Source: Pristiophorus japonicus (taxonomy: Eukaryota). From it: DNA of 59,935 bases. The stretch spans positions 181,474,001 to 181,533,935 of the forward strand of contig NC_091991.1 in NCBI RefSeq assembly GCF_044704955.1. Reading direction: 5' to 3'. Below are positions 13,086-24,184 of this stretch, piece after piece. The notes beneath the pieces were generated by a model. It saw only the letters and a program-made list of their open reading frames with translations. It was not told the DNA's origin and searched no databases. The position numbers and the translations under genes are program-made. Within the stretch, counting starts at the first letter, position 1. Every line of letters begins with the position of its first letter.

Positions 13086-13659
13086 AAGATTAGCCACGAT
13101 CTTATTGAATGGCCTGCTCGTGCTTCTGTTTCTTATGTTCTCACCAGAGTCTGCTTTCCGCCAGTGTAAACATTCCCAGTTTCCTGCTGGAAGCAGGCAG
13201 GCAGTGTTTCATTCAACGGCAGAGTGCACGAGGAACGTCAGCGTTTACACTGTCCAGCTTGCAGCACATTGGATATGGCTGGGATGCGGTAGAATGTGGG
13301 CTCCCTGCTCCAATTCCACCCCACTAAGTTCCCTAGCTGAGCGGCACTGTGCTTCTCTGAAGAAAACAAAGGCCAATTCATGGGGTGCCAAGTTAAACTC
13401 AGACACCCACGCTGGCAGCTTCAACTATAGGTTTGAGGGAGGTTTAGCAGGAAACAGAGGACAAAGCACAAAAGTAAATCAACAGAGCAGACAAAATACC
13501 CCACACTCCCGTGGACTTTGCCCGGTCGGATGCCATCTGCGTCTTCATTGGAGACCAGTGGGAGGGACTGCAGTTCGGGGTGGGAGAGAGAGAAATGGCG
13601 GGCTGCGTCAATGTACGTGAACCTGACCAAAGAAGCCAGATTGCTCGATTTTTGTTGGG

Positions 13660-14556
13660 TAAGGTTGTCCAGGGACACTGTGCAAAGGCAGGTAAAATGG
13701 GAGTCGAGTTACAGATCAGTCACGATCTTATTGAATGGTGGAACAGGCTCAAGGAGCTGAATGGCCTCCTCCTGTTCCTGTGTAACAGGCTCGAGGGGCT
13801 GAATGGCCTCCTCCTGTTCCTGTGTAACAGGCTCGAGGGGCTGAATGGGCCTCCTCCTGTTCCTGTGTAACAGGCTCGAGGGGCTGAATGGGCCTCCTCC
13901 TGTTCCTGTGTAACAGGCTCGAGGGACTGAATGGGCCTCCTCCTGTTCCTGTGTAACAGGCTCGAGGGGCTGAATGGGCCTCCTCCTGTTCCTGTGTAAC
14001 AGGCTCGAGGGGCTGAATGGCCTCCTCCTGTTCCTAATGTAACAGGCGCGAGGGGCTGAATGGGCCCTCCTCCTGTTCCTGTGTAACAGGCGCGAGGGGC
14101 TGAATGGACCTCCTCCTGTTCCTGTGTAACAGGCGCGAGGGGCTGAATGGGCCTCCTCCTGTTCCTGTGTAACAGGCTCGAGGGGCTGAATAGCCTCCTC
14201 CTGTTCTTGTGTAACAGGCTCGAGGGGCTGAATGGCCTCCTCCTGTTCCTAATGTAACAGGCTCGAGGGGCTGAATGGCCTTCTCCTGTTCCTGTGTAAC
14301 AGGCGCGAGGGGCTGAATGGGCCTCCTCCTGTTCCTGTGTAACAGGCTCGAGGGGCTGAATAGCCTCCTCCTGTTCCTGTGCAACAGGCTCGAGGGGCTG
14401 AATGGGCCTACTCCTGTTCATGTGGAACAGGCTCGAGGGGCTGAATGGCCTCCTCCTGTTCCTGTGTAACAGGCGCGAGGGGCTGAATGGGCCTCCTCCT
14501 GTTCCTGTGTAACAGGCTCGAGGGGCTGAATGGCCTCCTCCAGTTCCTGTGTAACC
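13660..14556 (+). repeat. CR1 3' end followed by ~19 tandem copies of its 42-43-bp terminal segment
   Basis: Unit AACAGGCTCGAGGGGCTGAATGGCCTCCTCCTGTTCCTGTGT corresponds to the terminus of other CR1 copies, e.g. 51290-51325. Confidence 0.9.
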
Positions 14557-14587
14557 CAGTGCTGATTATTGTAAATAAGGCACGTAC

Positions 14588-14796
14588 CTTTTGCCTACAT
14601 AGAGGTTCCTTTTTGGGCTCTTCTGCTTTGGCCTCTTGCTGTACCACCTCCTTTGGCGTGTTTACTGCTAGAACATCATTAATCGTTGACCCGATCACCA
14701 TTATTTTTGCACCATTTGTGACTTTAATTTCACGTAAAGTTTTATCTTCCTGGAGCAGTCCCTTGTACATGACTTTTTGCATAGCAGGAGTGAGAC
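14588..14796 (-). CDS. UBFD1: UBFD1 exon 3 (ubiquitin-like domain: LTPAMQKVMYKGLLQEDKTLREIKVTNGAKIMVIGS...PLCRQK)
   Basis: 209 nt, ctcctcag acceptor, GTACGT donor; ubiquitin-like domain sequence. Confidence 0.96.
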
Positions 14797-14884
14797 CTGA
14801 GGAGAGGAAGAAAATAGTGCTGATCTTAGTCCAGTCTTTGAAAAATTAGCTTAGACCCTCATCACTATTGGGGCCAGTGACGTG

Positions 14885-15058
14885 ATACAGCACAGGTTAG
14901 ATACAGAGTAAACCTCCCTCTACACTGTCCTATCAAACACTCCCAGGGCAGGTACAGCACGGGGTTAGATACAGAGTAAAGCTCCCTCTACACTGTCCTA
15001 TCAAACACTCCCAGGGCAGGTACAGCACGGGGTTAGATACAGAGTAAAGCTCCCTCTC
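14885..15058. repeat. ~68-bp tandem repeat, ~2.5 copies, same unit and orientation as 4640-5187
   Basis: Direct sequence identity. Confidence 0.9.
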
Positions 15059-15856
15059 TATGTACCAACACCTGGATTGTTACTGTTCCAACCTTTTATG
15101 CCACAAAAAAAACTTCATCCCCTGGATCTGGGTTGGATTCAAACAACTGACAAAAACCTCACCAAGCCACTCAGTAATCCGCTAGCCTATTTATATAGAG
15201 GCAACCAAACTTTCATTAACAGTTCAGCCTGTAGAAAATCCAACTTTCAGGATGAAGAAGAGACACTACACAACTGCGAGGGAGTGAAACGAAAAGGCCA
15301 AGGGACCAGCAGAGTGAACTGCACTGCTGCATTTATCAGTTTCCTGCCACTAGAGGGGAGCTCTTTCCAGTCATACAGGGCGTGTATTGTCTCTGAATCC
15401 AATTCTGGAATATCTTTACCCAGAGAGTGCTGCGAACATGGAACTTGCTACCACTGGGAGTGGTTGAGGCAAACAGCATTGATGGCTTTAAGGGGAAGCT
15501 AGATAAGCACGAGGCAGAAAGGAATAGAATAGAAGAAGAGTGGTGGGAGGAGGCTCATGGAGCATAAAAACCAACATAGATAGATAGACCTGTTGGGCCA
15601 CTTCTCTGCTGTAGATTTGACCTCATTCTGGGGCTATGAGTGGCAAAAACTGGAGACTCCCAGTGCATGGTCATTGTCGCACGGAATAGCATCGCTCACC
15701 AACATTTACTTTAAACTGCGCAGCTGCCTTACAATGTACGAAACCCCCCCAAATTAGAAGGAACATTGCTCCTCGCGCCAATTTAATTCTCAATTGCGGA
15801 GAGAACGGCTTGCGATAGGAAAGTCAACATGGACCCGTCCTCCCAGCAAAACACAC

Positions 15857-16144
15857 CAGTGAGTGAGTGAATCCTTTCTTTCAGACTGGCGCCTGTGCTA
15901 TCCAGTGGCACTCTCAGGTCATATTTGTTTTTGTTCCAAATAACTTTCAGATCCACCATTTCCTTCTCGGCGTCCGGCTCGCCACCATTGCTGACTGAGG
16001 TTTGAGGGAGCGAGTCCTCGTTCTCCATTTGTTCTGTCAGTACGGATTGAGCGTCCCCTTCTCCGGCAGTCCCACAGCTTGCTTTCTCTTTCTGAACGGG
16101 TATGTCTGTGCAAGCCTCTGTTTCCATTCCACCAGTGTCTGCCC
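15857..16144 (-). CDS. UBFD1: UBFD1 exon 2 (GADTGGMETEAC...VDLKVIWNKNKYDLRVPLDSTGASLKERIHSLT)
   Basis: 288 nt, ttacttccag acceptor, GTGTGT donor, phase 1/1; acidic N-terminal region then the start of the UBL domain. Confidence 0.93.
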
Positions 16145-16429
16145 CTGGAAGTAAGCGGCAAAGAAAACTCTTTTTAAAAGGTTAATTATTTGAGTGGCAG
16201 CATTTTTAATTTATCTGGACGGTATTAAAAATCTTCTGCACGCACTTCCTATTTACAAAACCTTACCTCCTGATGTCACATGTGTGTCGACTTCCTTCCC
16301 CCATTATAAATTCCTATGTGCACATTTAGAATGGGGCCACTGCAATGTAAACACGTCACACTGCAATGACATCCTCCTACCATTGGGTAGCGCTGCAATA
16401 CCTCAGTCTTGCATCTCCCAGCTCCTGAA

Positions 16430-16955
16430 TAAAGAAACAGGAGGAGGCCATTCAGCCCCTCGCGCCTGTTCCACCATTCAGTGAGATCATGGCTGATCTG
16501 CGACCTAACTCCATATACCCGCCTTTGCCCCATATCCCTTAATGCCTTTGGTTAACAAAAATCACCAATCTCCAAATTAAAATTAACAATTGATTTAGCA
16601 GCAATTGTCATTTGCAGAAGACAGTTCCAAACGTCTACCTCATGTATAGAAGTGTTTCCTAATGTCACTCCTGAAAGATCTGGCTCTAATTTTTTTAGAC
16701 TGTGCTCCCTCTCCATCTACCCTACCCTTTAATGTCTTCAACACTTTGATCAAATCGTCCCTTAACCTTCTAAATTCCAGGGAATACAACCCTAGTTTGT
16801 GTAATCTCTCCTTGTAACTTAACCCCTAGAGTCTAGGTATCATTCTGGTAAACCTACGCTGCACTCCCTCCAAGGCCAATATATCCTCCCTAAGGTGTTG
16901 TGCACAGAACTGCTCACAGTGCTCCAGGTGTGGTCTAACCAGGGCTTTGTACAGC
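16430..16955 (-). mobile_element. 5'-truncated CR1 LINE
   Basis: Reverse-strand CR1 3'UTR and degenerate RT C-terminus. Confidence 0.8.
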
Positions 16956-18271
16956 CTGAGCCTGCACTGCAGGGAAGTTCCCGCGCTCCAACTACTACTT
17001 GGCTTTTCAAATTACCAGTTAAAATAAACAAAATGTATAAAAATAAGGACAGAATGTATGACTTTAAAATGTGGCCGCACAACATGGTCAAATATCTCCA
17101 GCAAAGCGTTCAATCCCATGGGAGATCAACTAGCGTTTTACATTTTTCAATCCCATCCCCACCCTGCCTCAGTCATCACGAGCATCGCCCCCAAATCAGT
17201 TTTTATTATTAACCAATGCTGCTACACAATTAGCTGCCGGGCCGTCAGCAGGCCAAGGATGAGGATCTCTGATCTGCAGCTTTCTTCACCCAATTTACCT
17301 CCTAAAAGAGCCAAAGATCAAGAATTCACTGGGCGACGAGGCAAGAGATCTAACAAATACAAACTGGGGTCCCGCCACTCCACTCAGCCCGCGGGGAACA
17401 GCAACCGCCTGGTGTAGGTACAGAACGCCCCCGTGAAGCTTGCACAATATAAAGCTCCTTCTCTGGAGCAAATACTAGCCCAAGGCATGATTAATCCAAT
17501 GTACTGAAATTCTAAGTGATGCACACTTCCTAATCTACAAAACATTATGTCACAGTTTTCCATTATAAATGCCTATGTAAACTGGTCACGCTGTAGTTAC
17601 ACCCTCCCGTCAGTGGTGGCGCAGTAGTCTTTTTTTGCGTCACCCAGCTCCTGCAGCAAAATTTCTATCGTCCAACTCTACTGCTCCACTTCCCAAATTG
17701 GTTTAGGTTTTGCTGCTAAACTATAATTGATGTTTAACTATAAATCAAAGTATTAAGTATAAAAATAAAAACAATGTAGGACTTTAAAAATGAGAATTTT
17801 ATCTGTACATCCTGGTCCTACTAGCTCCAGACCACTAGTCCTGCTTCCCCTGAAGACTACACTTGGACTCGACTGCTCGTGTGTATCACTGCAGGGAAAT
17901 CGACCACTAAAGTTTTAAACGGTTTGAATTTTTAAGAATGTAGAGATGACTTACTGTAGAAACAAACATAGCAGTTGGTCCATAATAGCCCATGATATTA
18001 CACGGAATTTGCTCCTTATTAAAGAGGGACATTCAGCACAAAATTAATATTAGTGTGTGCTGAAGCAATCAGCCCACAAACTGCACAATACAGTACGTCC
18101 TTCACTCCTTTGGTACGGAGCTCCCGAGAACACCAAACTGAAAGCACGCGATGCTGACAGAAATGGAACGTGTTCCTTCCTGCAACATTCCTCATCCCAT
18201 TCAGCACACAAAAAAAATAATTTGAACATAATTTATCTTTATGGCAGATTGCCAGTGTAAATAGAGCAGAA

Positions 18272-18900
18272 AGAAAAGACTTGCATTTATATAGCACCTT
18301 TCACAATCTCAGGACGTCGCAAAGCGCTTCACAGCCAATGAAATACTTTTGACGTGTAGTTGATGTTGTAATGTAGGAAATTTGCACACAGCAAGCTCCC
18401 ACAAACAACGTAATCATGACCAGATAATCTGTTTTAGTGGACTTGATTGAGGGATAAATGTTGGCCAGGACACGGAGGACAACTGGCCTGCTGTTCTTCC
18501 AAATAGTGCTGTGGGATCTTTTACGTCCACCCGAGAGCAGATGAGGCCAGTTTAACGTCTCATCCGAAAGAAGGCACCTCCGACAGTGCAGCCCTCCCTC
18601 TGTACTGCCCCTCCGACAGTGCAGCACTCCCCCAGTACTGCCCCTCCGACAGTGCAGCACTCCCCCAGTACTGCCCCTCCGACAGTGCAGCACTCCCCCA
18701 GTACTGCTCCTCCGACAGTGCAGCACTCCCTCAGTACTGCCCCTCCGACAGTGCAGCACTCCCCCAGTACTGCCCCTCCGACAGTGCAGCACTTCCCCAG
18801 TACTGCCCCTCCGACAGTGCAGCACTCCCCCAGTACTGCACTGGGAGTGTCGACCTAGATTTTTGTGCTCAAGTGTCTGGAGTGGGACTTGAACCCACAA
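18272..18900 (-). mobile_element. Deu-domain-like SINE (SacSINE1/AmnSINE1-like) with an internal 33-bp unit amplified ~8 times (18577-18837)
   Basis: tRNA-like head GGGTTCAAGTCCCAC, core ggatgagacgttaaac...aaaagatccca, L2-like tail gctatataaatgcaagtc. Family name assigned from memory. Confidence 0.8.
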
Positions 18901-19950
18901 TTGGGTAACTAACAAAACAGAGTCGGGATAAATAGGTCATTTTCCGGTTGACAAACAGTGACTAGTGGGGTGCCACAGGGATTGGTGCTGGGGCCTCAAC
19001 TATTTACAATCTATATTTATGATTTGGATGAGGGGAGCGAGTGTAATGTAGCCAAGTTTGCTGATGATACAAAGATGGTTGGGAAAGCAAGTTGTGAGGA
19101 GGACACAAAAAATCTGCAAAGGGATATAGACAGGTTAAGTGAGCGGGCAAAAATTTGGCAGGAGTATAATGTGGGAAAATGTGAGGTTATCCACTTTGGT
19201 AAAAATAGAAAAGCAAATTATAATTTAAAAATTGCAAAGTGCTGCAGTACAGAGACACCTGGGGATCCTTGTGCATGAAACACAAAGTGAGTATGCAGGT
19301 ACAGCAAGTAATCAGGAAGGCAAATGGAATGTTGGCCTTTATTGCAAGTGGGATAGAGTATAAAAGCAGAGAAGTCCTGCTACAACTGTACAGGGTATTG
19401 GTGAGGCCACACCTAGAGTACTGCGTACAGTTTTGGTCTCCTTATTTGAGGAGGGATATACTTGCATTGGAGGCTGTTCAGAGAAGGTTGACTAGGTTGA
19501 TTCCGGGGATGGAGGGGTTGACTTATGAAGAAAGGTTGAGCAGGTTGGGCCTATACACAGTGGAGTTCAGAAGAATGAGAGGTAATCTTATTGAGACATA
19601 TAATGAGGGGGCTTGACAAGGTAGATGCAGAGAGGAAGTTTCCACTTATAGGGGAATCTAGAACTAGGGGACATAGTTTTAAATGGGCGACCCCTTATTT
19701 TGAGACTGAGATGAGGAAGAATTTCTTGTGAGGGTTGTAAATCTGTGGAATTCTCTGCCCCAGAGAGCTGTGGAGGCTGGGTCATTGAATATATTTAAGA
19801 TGGAGATAGACAGATGTGTGAGCGATAAGGGAGTGAAGGGTTATGGGGAGCGGGCGGGGAAGTGGAGCTGAGTCCATGATCAGATCAGCCATGATCTTAT
19901 TGAATGGCGGAGCAGGTTCGAGGGGCCGTATGGCCTACTCCTGCTCCTGA
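18900..19950 (+). mobile_element. 5'-truncated CR1 LINE
   Basis: SGVPQG, KFADDTK and RPHLEYCVQFWSP motifs followed by the 3'UTR. Confidence 0.92.
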
Positions 19951-21189
19951 CTCAGAAGTGAGAGTGCTGCCCACTGAGCCATGGCTTCAATAGTCAGCAA
20001 CGAAGATCAGATTCCACCCCCACCTGTGCCGAATTAGTGGCTCTCACCCAGGGCCAGGACATGGGTTTTACAATCGGCCTCAGTGGCCCACGTTTTCGAT
20101 GGGCTTGTCAGCCACAACAGGTCTGGCGTACGTAATATCACCTGGGACGCCAGTGCTGTGCTGTCACAAGTGCCGCCTGTCACACAAGGGATTAAGAGAT
20201 CCCACGGCACAATTCGCTGCAAAATGGGGAGGTCCCGTGTTCCGCGGACCCACATGCTTCCCTGAACCAAGGCCATCAACAGTCCAGTCGCTCATTCAAC
20301 TCTCTGCCATTTACCAGAGCAGAATGGCTTCTCTGGACACCCAGGTAACAGTCACTAAATAATTCACCGAGTGAAAATCCTGTCAAACTTTTCAATTACT
20401 CGACAGGCACTGTAAAGTGCAAAGCAAGCTTTCTGATAGCTGTAACGTACTGGAGGGAGTGAGTGGAGACACTGGGTGAGGACAGAGCCAGCCTCGGCTG
20501 TGATAACCTCCATAGGAGGAGTATCCTGCTGCTGCACACTCACGCACCAAGGACTAGTCAGTATACAGGCGTGTGCTCCATTATTGGGGCAAAGGTAGAG
20601 TGTGCTTACAACAGTCTTCCAATCACCTGCAGACAGCTCTCAAATGCAACTACCTCCTAAAACTCATGCTTACTCGTGAATCTAATCCAGTAGCAGCAAG
20701 TAAGGAGACATCGTCTAGTGACAAAATCCCGCCGATCGCTTCCAAACACCAGAGAACGGCTGCTCTCCACAAGCTGAAAACATTCACTCACAGACTTTCT
20801 TTCCTGTTTAAACAAAATAAAAACTCATTTAGTTCTACAACAAATGGTCAGTGAACTTCCTTAAGCATAAAAGAGGGAGGGCGGGGGGGGGGGGGGGGGG
20901 GTTAATTTTCTCTCGTAACACACACTGGGCAACAAGATTGCGGGAAATATCAGTGTACGTAAATATTTTAACCTGGTCGTAAATCAATTTTTTAAACAGT
21001 TAAAAAGGAGATTTGCACAAATGTGCATGCACTGCCAGAGGAAATGCAGACCCTTGTTTAAGTTACACCTTACCACATCTCTCAAAACGCTCTAAAAGCT
21101 TCACAAAAATCATTTACTTAGATGTTTAGTGACTCTTTTGAAGAATAATGGGGTTCGTTTTACTTTAAGATGATAGAGCTCCCCACAGT

Positions 21190-21560
21190 TGGGTGGCTGT
21201 GGGTTCAATCCCCACTCCAGGGTATTAGCTCATTATCTCAGCTACCACTCTGGGGCAACACTTTCGGAGGGACAGTACTGAGGGAGCGCCGCACTGTCGG
21301 AGGGGCAGTACTGAGGGAGCGCCGCACTGTCGGAGGGGCAGTACTGAGGGAGCGCCGCACTGTCGGAGGGGCAGTACTGAGGGAGCGCCGCACTGTCGGA
21401 GGGGCAGTACTGAGGGAGCGCCGCACTGTCGGAGGGGCAGTACTGAGGGAGCGCCGCACTGTCGGAGGGGCAGTGCATCAGACGTGTCATTAAACAGAGG
21501 GTCCTTCCATCTGTTTGGGTGGATGTTGTCGATCCCCAGCAATGTGTGAAAAGGAGCAGG
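21190..21560 (+). mobile_element. Degenerate Deu-domain-like SINE with ~6 identical 33-bp units (21265-21475)
   Basis: GGGTTCAATCCCAC head; unit GCACTGTCGGAGGGGCAGTACTGAGGGAGCGCC. Confidence 0.75.
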
Positions 21561-21579
21561 GATTAAGTGGCTTTAAATG

Positions 21580-21952
21580 GCTGAAGTGGTGGGTCTTAAT
21601 TCTCATCCCCGTTTTCAAATCCCTCCATGAACTCGCCCCCTCCCTATCTCTGTAACCTCCTCCCACCCTACAATGCTCCGAGATCTCTGCACTCCTCCAT
21701 TTCGGGCCTCTTGCGTGTCCGATTTTAATCAGTCCACCATTGGCGGCCATGCCTTCAGTTGCCTGGGCCCCAACCTCTGGAATTGCGTCCCTATACCTCT
21801 CCGCCTCTCTTTAAAACCTAACTCTTTGACCAAGCTTGTGGTTATCTGTCCGAATATCTCCTTACGTGGGACTATGTCACATTTGCGATGATAATTGCTC
21901 CTGTGAAGCACCGAGACGTTTTCCGTTAAAGGTGCTATACTAATACAAGTTG
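21580..21952 (+). mobile_element. L2 LINE 3' end
   Basis: Homologous to 12690-13080; ends in aaaggtgctata...tacaagttgt. Confidence 0.75.
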
Positions 21953-22049
21953 TCCTGGTAGTTGTCAGCCTCAGAGGAGGGGGGAAACCCAGCTCTTCAG
22001 GACTGCAATGAATGGGTGGGTACCAAGGGGGACTTTGCTCTTCGTCTTT

Positions 22050-23190
22050 TGAAAGGTTGTGGTCAGAGCCTCTGCTATTTTCTCACCAGCTTCGCTCAGT
22101 ATTCGAAACCTCATGACATCAGGGCCCAGAGCTAATTTTTCCAGCATTCCTTCCTCATCGATAATTACCCGATCAGATCGCTTCCCATGCTCCCATCCTA
22201 TCCTTCAATTTCCAATCCCACATTATTCTGTGAAAAACAAAAGCCCTCACTCAGTTTCTCCACTATTATTTTACTCTCTTATAGGATTTCCTTTTCTCCT
22301 CCAATCTGCCCTACCCAGTGATTATAAAATCCTTTACTATTTCCCTTTGTTCTCTGCCAGTTTTTCTTCAGATGTGCTCATTCCCTTTCTAATCCTTTGT
22401 TGCTTTCCCTCTATATTCAACTTGATTTAGCCCTAGATTTGTCGTATGCCCCTTTTTAATTTCTCTGATCGAATAATTCCAGTTGTTGTTCCCCGTTATT
22501 CACTGTTTATGGGAATGTGTCCAGTCGATACCCTGCTCTCGCTCTGTTTTGAATGCTCCTATTGTTGAGTTACTTCTCTTGTAATCTCATTGAAATGGGC
22601 TTTTGTTCCCCCCAGTCCAGTACTTGAATCTTTGCTTCCACTCGATTTCAATCTTTATAATCAAACCTGATGACATTATGGTCACTACTCCCTTATCTAG
22701 TCACCCTGCTTCATTTCCCGAGACTGGAACCGACAATGCTGCTTTCCTTTTCTTGGACTTGACTCATACTGATCTACTGGACATATTGCAGAGCCCTGCT
22801 CCCTTGTCACTTAAATTACTGTTACCCGAGTCTAGATTTGAATAATTATTCCTTTCCGGTGCACTCTTTTCTGCTATCTCATCTTTGCCCCCTCCCCACA
22901 AAGCATTTCCAGTGTGGACACTTAACGCAATCCTGTTTAGATGAAGCCTGCCCATTCTGTACACATCACTTCGGGCCCAGGAATCTGAACCCTTCTCCTG
23001 ACACATCATCTCACCAATTATGCATCGCTTACCCCACTATTCTACACTAAGCAGCACGTGGATGTCCCAGGATTACTCCCCTGGAATTCCCGCCTTTCCA
23101 ATCAACCCAACTGCTGAAAGTCCCTTTGCGGGTCTCTAATTCTATTGCTACCTACATTATTGGTTCCAATGTGAACTACAACACGCTGTG
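22050..23190 (-). mobile_element. Old, highly degenerate CR1 internal fragment
   Basis: Residual similarity to 29300-31490 (esterase-like GRLHLNR, GPD motif region). Confidence 0.45.
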
Positions 23191-24184
23191 CCCCCTTCCT
23201 TCTCCAAAACCATTTTGCCCTAGAGGGCATCAGCATAAAATCCTTAGGTTACATGACAGGAAGTAATTCTTTTAACTAAGAATCATTGACCTCTGAAAGA
23301 CCACAACAGAACATGCAACAAGTATGGATTCACTCCAGTCCATCCAAAAGTTCCTGAGAGTTGGGACATCAAGTTGCAGAAGTTAAGTGGGGGAATTGGT
23401 GTTATTATTGATACAGGTCATTTCAGCCTCCTGGTATTTCCAAGAGATTTTTTCTCTCTCGGTTTCCTACCTCTCTGCCCGACATAGCAGGAGATTGCTA
23501 CTGAACAATCAATTCAACACCCTCAGACGATTCACAGCCTCCTGCCTACTCTTCCCCCAATGGACAGTCACCTGATCTTCCTCATTCGACCCAGTGAGTC
23601 GACCATCTTCTGGCACGTGCACTCAAAGAACCCTTCAGCCTCACAAACGTGAGTGTTGCCCTCTGCTCCTCAACTTCAAACTTTGATCAGGACTGCAACA
23701 CCCATTAACAGTTGCTGCACGTGTACAAGTTCACCTGCCATCCTGGTAGTCCCATGATACAACGATAATGGAGTTGTTGACTAATCACAGCCATCAATCT
23801 CCATCAATGAGTCTACAACAGAACCAGACATGAGGTGAGGAAACCCCCCAATGATGGAGAGATTTGGAAACCAGTGGTCCAAAGTCTCCTGAGCACACTG
23901 CACACACTACACGTCACGTCTCAATAGATTCAGATACTGTATCCCAAAATATTATTTTCTGAAAGAAATCTATCAAATTTTCATTTAATACTACCTGTTC
24001 CCATCATCTCCCAAGGGAATCTGCTCAACAGATTTAAAATATCCCAAACCTCCCATGTGATGCAGTTACCAAAGATCACAAGCTTTCAGCTACTTCACAC
24101 CCCCCCACCACGCAAAAAAAAACTTACCAAGGATTAACAAAAATTAAACATAAAGACCCAAGTATACTTTTATCTACTCCCTCA

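Noticed and set aside
515-14556. CRISPR-like appearance of the 29-, 42- and 67-bp arrays
   Set aside because: Head-to-tail repeats with no unique spacers, no cas genes, and a eukaryotic intronic context.
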